In this document: piece after piece, positions 1-7,273 of the stretch
Position numbering within the stretch: position 1 is the first letter of the stretch
Layout: every line of letters starts with the position of its first letter
From: Tepidisphaerales bacterium
GTDB lineage: Bacteria > Planctomycetota > Phycisphaerae > Tepidisphaerales > Tepidisphaeraceae
Direction: 5' to 3'
Length of the DNA stretch: 10,402 bases
NCBI GenBank assembly: GCA_038234815.1
Contig: JBBQSU010000121.1
Location: 1-10,402 of the forward strand
Translations under genes and position numbers: made by a program
The notes under the pieces: generated by a model
What the model was told of the DNA's origin: nothing
Database searches by the model: none
Seen by the model: only the letters and a program-made list of their open reading frames with translations

Positions 1-75
1 CTCCAGGTTCGAGCCGTTGCGGACACGAATTTCGACCTTCCAAACGACCTCGCGACCCCCAAAGAACTCCCAAAG

Positions 76-109
76 GACCCCTTTGGGACCCCCTTTGGAC
101 CCCCTTTTT
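76..109. repeat. Short tandem direct repeat, three head-to-tail copies of GACCCC(C)TTTGG (11-12 nt units at 76-86, 87-98, 99-109). A related inverted partial copy GACCCCCAAAG lies at 54-64, and a small palindrome CAAAGG-ACC-CCTTTG at 71-85
   Basis: Read directly from sequence in the low-GC region upstream of the first CDS. The units are contiguous and differ only in the length of the C-run and T-run. Confidence 0.6.
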
Positions 110-258
110 CACCTTTGAGCTTCGAAAATCCTCACTATTTCCTCAATAACAGCGTTTTTGCCAAATTCCAGACCTTTGATATGCCCGGGGGCAGGACGAT
201 GCCGCACGAAATATCAGAAGGTTTCCGACTGAACCGGCCGATAAGAGATTATCGGACG

Positions 259-2895
259 ATGCGCCTGCTACTGCTCATTCTCTGTCTGCTTGCGTCGGTG
301 GTTCTTGCCGACGGCGGTCCGCCGTCGACGCGGGTCTTGAAAAATTTCGATTTTGAAGAACGCACGCTGGGAAATGCCGAAGACCTGCCCATGTATTGGC
401 GGAAGGCCGAGGGGCCAAATCTGCCCCACTACGTCAATGGCCGGCTCACCACCGATCGCGCGCGCAGCGGGGAATACAGCTTCCGCTTCGATCTCAACGG
501 TGGTGGACTGGTCTACCGCTACGGGGGCGAGCGAATGAAGGTCATGGCCGGCGCGCACTACCGGGTGGAAGGCTATTGCCAAACCACCGTGCTCCCCAAC
601 GCCCGCGCGCGCCTCTCGGCTTACCTGATCGATGTGGACGGACACACCCTGCCGGCAAGCGTCGCGTCGTCGCCGCTTTATGCCGCCAAGGACGACAGCG
701 AGCCGTGGAAGCGCCTGACTGCAGAGTTGACGGCCGATGACCCGGCGGCGGCTTTTCTGGTCATTGAATTAAGTCTTCTGCAACCGGCGCAATACGCGCC
801 CAGTTCGCTGGGCAGTCGCACGCTATTCACGCAGGACATTCGTGGCAGCGCATGGTTTGACGACATCACGGTCAGCCAGGTGCCACAAGTGACGATGACC
901 ACCGATCGGCCGGGCAACGTTTTTCGCCGAAGCGATGACCTGACGCTGGTGGTGACGGTCAACGACCGGTTTACCGACGACCTGTCCGGCCAGTTGAGCG
1001 TGCAGGATGCAACAGGCAAGACGATTTATCAGCGAAGCGGGGGATTGGAAAAGGCCGCGGCGGAAAGCGCTCCACCCACGCGGAACCGGATGAAATTGAC
1101 CTTGCCCGACCTGCCCGCGGGCTGGTATCGCGCGGCGATGGTGATGAGCAGCCATGGTCAATACGTCGGCGATCAAACGCTCGACCTGATTCGCCTGGCC
1201 GACGACGCGCCGGCAGCGCTGCCCGATCCGCGTTTCGGCGTGGTCGCCACGCAATTGCCCTTTGAAGGATGGGACGATCTTCCTGCGGTTCTGCCGTATC
1301 TGAATGCCGGCCGAGTAAAATTGGCAATATGGTCGAACGCGGGTGATATCGAAAGCCACGACGCTGCCGGGTTTGATCGGCTGCTCGAACAATTCCAGAC
1401 ACTGGGGATAACGCCCACGGCCTGCCTGACCGGACTCCCACCGGCGCTTGCCAATAAGCTTCAGGGCACCGACTGGACGCGGATTGTTAAGGCCAGGCCC
1501 GAGGACTGGGAGGGGCAACTGGCCTATCTGGTGGCCCGACATGCCAACCACCTTGATCGATGGCAACTCGGCGAAGATGGGACCGAGGCATTTGTGACAA
1601 ATCCGGAAATGCGCCAGGCCTATCAACTGGTCCTTGCGCAGTTCACGAAGCTGGTGCAGAATCCCGATCTGGCCATGCCCTGGCCGGGTTGGTATGACCT
1701 GGAAGGAAAGCTGCCCGCGACGATTGCGGTGGCCATCGCGCCATCGGTTCTGCCGTCCCAGGTGCCGTTGTACATGCAGGAAGAGAAGATGCGTCAGGGT
1801 CACAACCTGTCCATTTATCTTCAGCCATTGGTGGACGAGCAATATGACCGAAAGACGCGGATACAAGACCTGGCCCAGCGAGTGGTTTATGCGCTCAGTG
1901 CCGGCGCCCAGCGAATCGATGTCGATCTGCCGTTCACAGTGCGCCGCGAGGCCGGCGAGGTCATCAAGCAACCGAATGAAACGCTTCTGATCCTGCGGAC
2001 ACTTTTTAGATCGCTCAACGGGGCCACCTTCAAAGGAAAGGTCCCCATCGCCGAAGGCGTGGAAGCGTTCTTGTTTGATCGAAGCGGACAGGGCGTACTC
2101 GTGTTGTGGGATCGCGGGGCCGAGACGGGATTAAAATCGCTGGCGATCAACCTTGGCCAGCGGGCCACACGGGTGGACCTGTGGGGCAATACGACCCCGC
2201 TCTATTCTTCCACCGGCCGTGCCAACGGCCAGGCGCTGCTGGAAATCGGGCCGATGCCGATCATTTTGCAGGACATCGACGGCGAGATGGCACAGCTTCG
2301 CGCGAGCCTGGCGGTCAACCAGCCGCTGCTCGAAAGCAGCTTCATGCCACACAATCGAAAGATCAGCTTTGTCAATCCGTATCGCACGCCGATCTCGGGG
2401 ACGCTGAAACTTAAAGCCCCGATAGGTTGGACGATCACCCCACCGACATTTTCCTTCAACCTCAATCCGGGCGAAAAGTTTGAGCGCGATCTGACTATCG
2501 AATTTCCTTACAACACTTTCGCGGGGGTGAAAACGATCGCTTGCGCCTTCCAGGTTCAGGGTGAAAGCAGTTCGACGTTTAGTGTCCCGCTGCAACTGAA
2601 ACTGGGGCTTAGCGATGTTGGGATGCAGACGCTGGCGCTGCGCGACGGCAAGGACGTGGTGGTGCAGCAAATGATAACGAATTATGGGGATAAGCCGATC
2701 GACTACATGGCGTTTGCGCTTTTCCCCGGGCAGGCGCGGCAGGAAAAACTGGTGACAAATTTGGGCGCAGGACGAACCACGATGAAACGCTATCGGTTTG
2801 CCAATGTGCCCACAGGGCCGGGCGGACAGGTGCGCGCGGGAGTGAAGGAGCTGAACGGCACGCGGGTTCTGAACGACGAAGTGCCGGTGCAATAG
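259..2895 (+). CDS. Large secreted multi-domain protein (~878 aa); putative glycoside-hydrolase-like / carbohydrate-active protein with an N-terminal CBM4/9-like beta-sandwich and a C-terminal NEW3 (NPCBM-associated)-like beta-sandwich
   Basis: ORF 115..2895 frame. The start was chosen at the ATG at 259 because it opens a classic signal peptide MRLLLLILCLLASVVLA|DGG. A possible AAGAGA Shine-Dalgarno (SD)-like element lies 13 nt upstream, and the upstream 110-258 region is low-GC and non-coding-like. The N-terminal segment RVLKNFDFEE ... SAWFDDITV matches the CBM_4_9 pattern (NGDFE ... W.DD..). The C-terminal segment LKLKAPIGWTITPPTFSFNLNPGEKFERDLTIEFP matches the NEW3 pattern (P.GW ... pGe ... 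t.t). The catalytic family was not identified. Start is uncertain (alternative ATG at 199 or 181; the frame is open from the window edge). Confidence 0.75.
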   Translation: MRLLLLILCLLASVVLADGGPPSTRVLKNFDFEERTLGNAEDLPMYWRKAEGPNLPHYVNGRLTTDRARSGEYSFRFDLNGGGLVYRYGGERMKVMAGAHYRVEGYCQTTVLPNARARLSAYLIDVDGHTLPASVASSPLYAAKDDSEPWKRLTAELTADDPAAAFLVIELSLLQPAQYAPSSLGSRTLFTQDIRGSAWFDDITVSQVPQVTMTTDRPGNVFRRSDDLTLVVTVNDRFTDDLSGQLSVQDATGKTIYQRSGGLEKAAAESAPPTRNRMKLTLPDLPAGWYRAAMVMSSHGQYVGDQTLDLIRLADDAPAALPDPRFGVVATQLPFEGWDDLPAVLPYLNAGRVKLAIWSNAGDIESHDAAGFDRLLEQFQTLGITPTACLTGLPPALANKLQGTDWTRIVKARPEDWEGQLAYLVARHANHLDRWQLGEDGTEAFVTNPEMRQAYQLVLAQFTKLVQNPDLAMPWPGWYDLEGKLPATIAVAIAPSVLPSQVPLYMQEEKMRQGHNLSIYLQPLVDEQYDRKTRIQDLAQRVVYALSAGAQRIDVDLPFTVRREAGEVIKQPNETLLILRTLFRSLNGATFKGKVPIAEGVEAFLFDRSGQGVLVLWDRGAETGLKSLAINLGQRATRVDLWGNTTPLYSSTGRANGQALLEIGPMPIILQDIDGEMAQLRASLAVNQPLLESSFMPHNRKISFVNPYRTPISGTLKLKAPIGWTITPPTFSFNLNPGEKFERDLTIEFPYNTFAGVKTIACAFQVQGESSSTFSVPLQLKLGLSDVGMQTLALRDGKDVVVQQMITNYGDKPIDYMAFALFPGQARQEKLVTNLGAGRTTMKRYRFANVPTGPGGQVRAGVKELNGTRVLNDEVPVQ

Positions 2896-2920
2896 ACCGC
2901 GCCGGGGTTTGTCTCGGGTC

Positions 2921-4027
2921 TCATCGCCATTGCGACAGCGCGATCAAAGCCAGCACCATGAGCGGGAGGATGATGTAGAAGAAAATCTTGGTCCAGCTCG
3001 TGGGCCGGTCGCCGGCGATCGCGCCCGTGTAGCCGTTGACGACGGTTTGGAAGGCCTTGCGGCCGAAGGTGTAAGACACCAGCCACACCGGCACCAGGAC
3101 GTGCTTGAAGGTGCGGTCCGAGAAGCGCGAAGTGACGTCCAGGTTTCGGTGCGTGTCGCCGGGCACCTGCTGTTCGCAGAGGCTAAAAAGCACCTGGCGC
3201 ATCTGCTCCTGCGATTGCGACGACGCGGCGCGCAGATCGACCTGATAGCGCTCGACGGTCCAGCCGCGGACGAACGCCGGGTCGTAGGGTGCAAGCTCGG
3301 CGGTGGGGAATGGCTCGACTTTGTGCAACAAGTCCATGCGGACGCCGACTGTGCCGGGCACGAGGTCGTCGTCAAAAAAATGGTGCAGTTGGCCGGAGGT
3401 GAAATACCAGCGGACTTTGCGGACTTGTCGCGATTGCCGCTGGCCCTGGGCGTTGGTGATGTACTCCGTTTCGTAATAGTAATCGCCGGATTCGGCCGTC
3501 CACCGGGCGTCGGCTTGTGCGTCAAATGTCCAATAAGGGAGGTAAATGGCATGAAGCGTATCGGTCAGGGCTGCGGATTTAAGCCGGTTGGGCGCGAACC
3601 AACGCGAGGAATACCAAGCCTTGAGTCGGTCGCGGACCGCAGGCTCAGCCAGCTTCACCGGAAGGAGGCTCTCGGGCGTGATCGGATCGCGCGTTTCATT
3701 GTAAGGCATGACCGCCGGCGAGCCGCAAAATTGGCAGCGCTGGGCGACACGGCCCGGTTCGAAAATGCTAATGGCCTGACAACTCTGACATTTCACCTTC
3801 ACGGTTTCAGTTTGCAGGCCCCGGCTGACCTCCGGCACCGATGCCAGCGCCGACTCAAGATCGTGTTCCACGATCTGTCCCGCCTGGTCGCTCGTCTCCG
3901 GCTGCGCCGCTGGCACAAAGCCGCAATGCGGACACGTCACAGCCTGCTTGGCGGCGCTCCATTCCAGGTCCCCGCCACATTCGGGACACTGGCGTTTATC
4001 GAGCGCTTTGACTTCGCCGTTGGCCAT
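2921..4027 (-). CDS. Tail-anchored double zinc-ribbon membrane protein (368 aa): two N-terminal CxxC..CxxC zinc ribbons, a ~250 aa soluble domain and a single C-terminal transmembrane (TM) helix; YdjG-like by architecture and by synteny with the SPFH gene
   Basis: Cys motifs: CPECGG...CPHCG and CQSCQ...CQFCG. C-terminal hydrophobic helix IFFYIILPLMVLALIALSQW. It lies immediately downstream (69-nt gap, same strand) of the SPFH gene. GC3-rich codon usage is consistent with neighbouring genes. No strong SD. Confidence 0.8.
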   Translation of the reverse strand: MANGEVKALDKRQCPECGGDLEWSAAKQAVTCPHCGFVPAAQPETSDQAGQIVEHDLESALASVPEVSRGLQTETVKVKCQSCQAISIFEPGRVAQRCQFCGSPAVMPYNETRDPITPESLLPVKLAEPAVRDRLKAWYSSRWFAPNRLKSAALTDTLHAIYLPYWTFDAQADARWTAESGDYYYETEYITNAQGQRQSRQVRKVRWYFTSGQLHHFFDDDLVPGTVGVRMDLLHKVEPFPTAELAPYDPAFVRGWTVERYQVDLRAASSQSQEQMRQVLFSLCEQQVPGDTHRNLDVTSRFSDRTFKHVLVPVWLVSYTFGRKAFQTVVNGYTGAIAGDRPTSWTKIFFYIILPLMVLALIALSQWR

Positions 4028-4096
4028 ATTTCATCGAGGGGTGTTTCGACCGAACAAACCAAATCGAAGGTCGCTCGCTGGTCTGCGGCGCTTCTT

Positions 4097-5152
4097 CTAT
4101 TGCGACAGAAACGCATCCACGGACGCCTTGGTCAGTCGATATTGCGTGCCGATTTTCCTGGCCTTGAGATCGCCGGCGTCGATCGAGGCCGTCACGTCCG
4201 CTTCGGATACGCCGAGATATTTGGCCACATCGGCGATGCCCATCAGGTCTGCCGTTCCCACCGCCGGCCGGCCGGCCGCGCTCCCCGGCGCCGTCGATTG
4301 CGGGGTGTTCATCTGCTTCATCATCTCTTGCGCGATGCCGAAGCCCACGGCCATTTCGGCGGCGGTGCCTCCGGGGCCACCGCCCCCCTTCTCCATGCCC
4401 TGGGCCATTTGAAACTTGATGTAGTCGTTGAGATTTCCAACCGCCGACATGCTGGAACGCTTGTCGATGGCCGCTTCGACTTCCGGCGGAACCGACACGT
4501 TCTCGATCACGAAACTGGCGATCTCAATGCCATATTTCTCACGCACGATTGGATTGAGTACAGGCAAAAGCGCATTGCCCAGTTCCGAATATCGCTGGGC
4601 CACATCCAGCGCCGGCACCTTGGCGGTGGCCAGGCATTCGGTGAAAACGCTCACCAGGCGGGAGCGCATGGTGTCGGCAAATTCGTCGAGCCGAAAGTTC
4701 TGGTCGGTTCCCACCACTTCTTTCAAAAACAACTTCGGATCGGCGACTCGAAAATCATACGTGCCGAAGGCGCGCATGCGCACCACGCCGAAATCCGCGT
4801 CGCGCATCATCACGGGATTGCTGGTGCCCCACTTGTTGCCTGTAAACAAGCGCGTGTTGATGAAATAGACGTCGGCCTTGAACGGCGAATTGAAGCCGTA
4901 CTTCCAGCCTTTAATCGTGGAAAGGATGGGAATGTTATCGGTGACGAGCGAGTGCTTGCCCGGAGTAAACGTGTCGCCGAACTGCCCGAGATAAACGAAC
5001 TGGGCGATCTGCGATTCACGCACGATCAATTGCGCGCCGCTCTTGATCTCCCGGTCTTCGTCGGGAAACCGCCAACTGATTGTGTCTCGGGAATCGTCAT
5101 TGAACTCGATGATTTCAAGAAGCTGCCCGCGGATGAAATTCATGATGCCCAT
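4097..5152 (-). CDS. SPFH/Band-7 family protein of the YdjI-like (Band_7_1, PF13421-type) group, 351 aa, with a Gly-rich linker and a C-terminal Xis/excisionase-type (HTH_17-like) helix-turn-helix domain
   Basis: Start at the ATG at 5152 (MGIMNFIRGQ...), preceded by AGGAGA SD with a 6-nt spacer. The six-frame ORF extends further upstream only as an Arg-rich antisense artefact. The N-terminal 250 aa align by eye with B. subtilis YdjI (NVVEW..DD...F.W; STLKGFKFGFNS; FINTRLFTGNKWGT; RDADFG; FGTYDFRV.DP). The C-terminal 48 aa (MGIADVAKYLGVSEADVTASIDAGDLKARKIGTQYRLTKASVDAFL) fit the excisionase-family HTH pattern (EAAeyLGVS..TV...I..G.L.A.KIG...R...). Confidence 0.85.
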   Translation of the reverse strand: MGIMNFIRGQLLEIIEFNDDSRDTISWRFPDEDREIKSGAQLIVRESQIAQFVYLGQFGDTFTPGKHSLVTDNIPILSTIKGWKYGFNSPFKADVYFINTRLFTGNKWGTSNPVMMRDADFGVVRMRAFGTYDFRVADPKLFLKEVVGTDQNFRLDEFADTMRSRLVSVFTECLATAKVPALDVAQRYSELGNALLPVLNPIVREKYGIEIASFVIENVSVPPEVEAAIDKRSSMSAVGNLNDYIKFQMAQGMEKGGGGPGGTAAEMAVGFGIAQEMMKQMNTPQSTAPGSAAGRPAVGTADLMGIADVAKYLGVSEADVTASIDAGDLKARKIGTQYRLTKASVDAFLSQ

Positions 5153-5305
5153 GCCATGTCTCCTGGTATGACAACCCGGGCCAGATATTACTCCAGAGTG
5201 CCCGCGAACACACCTATAGTCGGGCCAACATGGTGGAATGCAGTAACAATGACAATCCAGTTGTGGGGTCGCTTCCGGCCGCGCACCGGGGTATCCTTGG
5301 TCGTC
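5153..5305. promoter_or_regulatory. Divergent intergenic region between the SPFH-HTH gene (-) and the GNAT gene (+); presumably contains both promoters. AT-rich patches: ATATTA at 5185-5190 (TAATAT on the minus strand) and TATAGT at 5215-5220 (+)
   Basis: 153-nt non-coding gap between divergently oriented genes. Only weak sigma70-like hexamers; no confident -35 element. Confidence 0.3.
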
Positions 5306-5866
5306 ATGCAGATTCGGCCGATGACCGAACATGATCTGGACGACGTGACGGAGATCGACGCCACGATTCATTCGCCGAGCTATCTGCACGTTGATCAGAC
5401 CGGAGACGATCTGGGTAGAAGCTGGCGGTTGGAACGCCGACCGCGGCGAGAAAAGCTGGTTCAGCCCAATCCGCTTGACGATGATGCGCGGTTTTATCTC
5501 AAGCAAATCCTCACTGGAGCCGAAGAAGGCGGGGCTTTGGTCGCCGATTACAACGGGGAAATTCTGGCGTTTTTGATGCAGCGGCTGGAGCCGGAAACGC
5601 GAACCATGCGTGTGATTGATCTGCGCGTGGATTTTGATCGGCGCAGGGAGGGGATCGGGTCCGCGCTGGTTTTCCAGGCGATCCGTGAAGCCCGCGAGCA
5701 GAGCCTGCGGGCGGTGCTGGTAGAAACGCTGACCGACAACGCGCCGGCGAACGAATTTTTGCAACGCTGCGGATTCGAACTGACAGGGATCGACCTGCGG
5801 CGATGGTCGAATCACGACTTGGTGAAGGAAGCTGTCGCGCTGTTCTGGTATGCCCCTCTGGATTAA
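5306..5866 (+). CDS. GNAT-family N-acetyltransferase (186 aa)
   Basis: This is the C-terminal part of the 2909..5866 ORF. N-terminus MQIRPMTEHDLDDVTEI is canonical for GNATs. Motif A: RREGIGSALVFQAIREAREQSLRAVLVETLTDNAPANEFLQRCGF. Alternative starts: ATG at 5321, or ATG at 5249 with GGTGGA 11 nt upstream. Confidence 0.8.
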   Translation: MQIRPMTEHDLDDVTEIDATIHSPSYLHVDQTGDDLGRSWRLERRPRREKLVQPNPLDDDARFYLKQILTGAEEGGALVADYNGEILAFLMQRLEPETRTMRVIDLRVDFDRRREGIGSALVFQAIREAREQSLRAVLVETLTDNAPANEFLQRCGFELTGIDLRRWSNHDLVKEAVALFWYAPLD

Positions 5867-5881
5867 AACGCGGAATGCACC

Positions 5882-7252
5882 ATGAGTGAATCCCAGGACG
5901 ACAATCTTCCGGAGGACAAGCTGGCCGATACCGGACCTACCGGAGAGCAGGCCTCGGACGCGTCCGTCGCCGACAGTATTGAGGAAATCCCCTCTGCCGA
6001 TGGCGCGATGGTGCTGCAGGGCCTGAGTACGGAAAAAGCCGCGCAGGTAGCCGAATATCTGGACCCCATCACCGCAGGCAAGATTCTGGCGCGGATGACC
6101 TCGGACCGCGCTGCAGAGATCATCTCGGAAATGTCGGCGCCCGAGGCGTCGATGGTCTTGGAGGCGATGGACCCGGACGATCGGGTGGACGTAATCGAAC
6201 ACGTTTCGCCGGAAGCGCGCGAGGAACTGCTAGGGGAGATGCACCCCGACGAGGCCGCGGAGGTGCGGAACCTGGAGCAGTATCCGACCGACTCCGCCGG
6301 TGGGATCATGACCACCGACGTAACGGCTCTGCCTGAAGATCTGACCATCGAACAGGCCGTCGCCGAACTGCGCAAGCTCAATCAGGAACTGGAGCAGGTT
6401 TTCTATGTTTACGTGGTCGATCGACGAAAGCACCTGATCGGCGTGCTGTCGATGCGCGACCTGATTTTGTCCGAGCCAAATCGCACGCTGGCGCAGATCA
6501 TGCGGCCCAACGTGTCGGCAGTGCCGGCCATGATGGACCAGGAGGAAGTGGCGCGCCTGATGCGCAAGTATAAATATCTGGCCATGCCGGTCGTCGATGC
6601 CAAGCACCGACTGCTGGGGATTATCACCGTCGATGACGTGGTGGAAGTCATCAGCGAAGAAGCCCAGGAAGACGTGCAGAAGATGTTCGGCGTGGACCCG
6701 GAGGAACGCCTGACCAGCCCATGGACCTTCAGCTTCCGCAAGCGGTTGTGGTGGCTGATCATCAACCTGGGCACGGCATTCCTGGCCGGCGCGGTAGTGG
6801 GCGCGTTTGAAAAAACGCTGGAATCGCTGACCTTGCTGGCGATTTACATGCCGATTGTCGCGGGAATGGGTGGCAACGCCAGCGCGCAGGCCATGTCAGT
6901 TTCGATTCGCGGAATCGCGATCGGCACGGTTGACCGCATATTGCTCCGAAGCATTCTGTTGCGCGAATTGATCGTGGGGCTGCTGACAGGGATTTCGATC
7001 GGGATCCTGACCGCAGCGGTCTGCCTGCTCTGGCATCACAACCCCGTACTGGGCATCGTGGTGGGATTGGCATTGGTGATCAATCACACGTTTGCGACGA
7101 CCAGCGGAGCCGGCGTGCCCTTTTTGATGAAATACATGGGCTTTGATCCGGCGCAGAGCGCCACAATCATCGCCACCACCATTACCGACATCTGCGGGTT
7201 CTTTTCACTTTTTGCATTGGCCCGCATCTTCATGCAGTTGCATTGGCTGTAG
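5882..7252 (+). CDS. mgtE: Magnesium transporter MgtE (456 aa): acidic N-terminal extension, MgtE N-domain, tandem CBS domains, five-TM MgtE pore domain
   Basis: Conserved MgtE motifs: IYMPIVAGMGGNASAQAMSVSIRGIAIG and GFDPAQSATIIATTITDICGF. CBS-pair region GGIMTTDV...VVDAKHRLLGIITVDDVVEVI. Starts 13 nt after the GNAT stop. Confidence 0.9.
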   Translation: MSESQDDNLPEDKLADTGPTGEQASDASVADSIEEIPSADGAMVLQGLSTEKAAQVAEYLDPITAGKILARMTSDRAAEIISEMSAPEASMVLEAMDPDDRVDVIEHVSPEAREELLGEMHPDEAAEVRNLEQYPTDSAGGIMTTDVTALPEDLTIEQAVAELRKLNQELEQVFYVYVVDRRKHLIGVLSMRDLILSEPNRTLAQIMRPNVSAVPAMMDQEEVARLMRKYKYLAMPVVDAKHRLLGIITVDDVVEVISEEAQEDVQKMFGVDPEERLTSPWTFSFRKRLWWLIINLGTAFLAGAVVGAFEKTLESLTLLAIYMPIVAGMGGNASAQAMSVSIRGIAIGTVDRILLRSILLRELIVGLLTGISIGILTAAVCLLWHHNPVLGIVVGLALVINHTFATTSGAGVPFLMKYMGFDPAQSATIIATTITDICGFFSLFALARIFMQLHWL

Positions 7253-7273
7253 AGTTGACGACGGCGGTGGTTT

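Noticed and set aside
115-258. Upstream extension of the first CDS from the TTG at 115, or from the window edge
   Set aside because: This region has markedly lower GC, contains the tandem repeat array and lacks coding-like codon bias. The ATG at 259 starts a textbook signal peptide. Kept as an explicit uncertainty rather than called.
823-1971. 382-aa minus-strand ORF (also 971..1441, 1173..1454, 2131..2892 and others) inside the large secreted-protein gene
   Set aside because: Antisense to a CDS with a clear signal peptide and domain motifs. The translations are Arg/His/Gln-rich with no motifs, so these are GC-driven open antisense frames.
2896-2920. Possible bidirectional terminator between the convergent gene-1 and Zn-ribbon gene ends
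   Set aside because: Only a 4-bp GACC/GGTC complementarity within a 25-nt gap; too weak to call.
2909-5866. 985-aa ORF on the plus strand spanning the entire Zn-ribbon and SPFH gene region
   Set aside because: Its first ~800 codons are antisense to two well-supported minus-strand genes, with an Arg/Ala/Gly-rich low-complexity translation typical of antisense frames in GC3-rich DNA. Only the last 186 codons (GNAT, 5306..5866) show real protein motifs.
5153-5866. GNAT as the toxin of a GNAT/RHH type II toxin-antitoxin pair
   Set aside because: No small upstream ORF (RHH/DUF1778-like antitoxin) in the 153-nt region preceding it. The neighbouring genes are a transporter and the SPFH module, so there is no support for toxin-antitoxin status.
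4097-6202. 701-aa minus-strand ORF implying an SPFH protein with a 350-aa N-terminal extension
   Set aside because: The extension is Arg-rich and lies antisense to the GNAT gene. The SPFH homology begins exactly at the ATG at 5152, which has an AGGAGA SD; YdjI-like proteins start at this motif.
5863-6381. 172-aa Ser-rich minus-strand ORF overlapping the mgtE 5' region
   Set aside because: Antisense to unmistakable MgtE coding sequence. The low-complexity Ser/Ala translation is typical of the reverse frame of an acidic, GAx-rich coding region.
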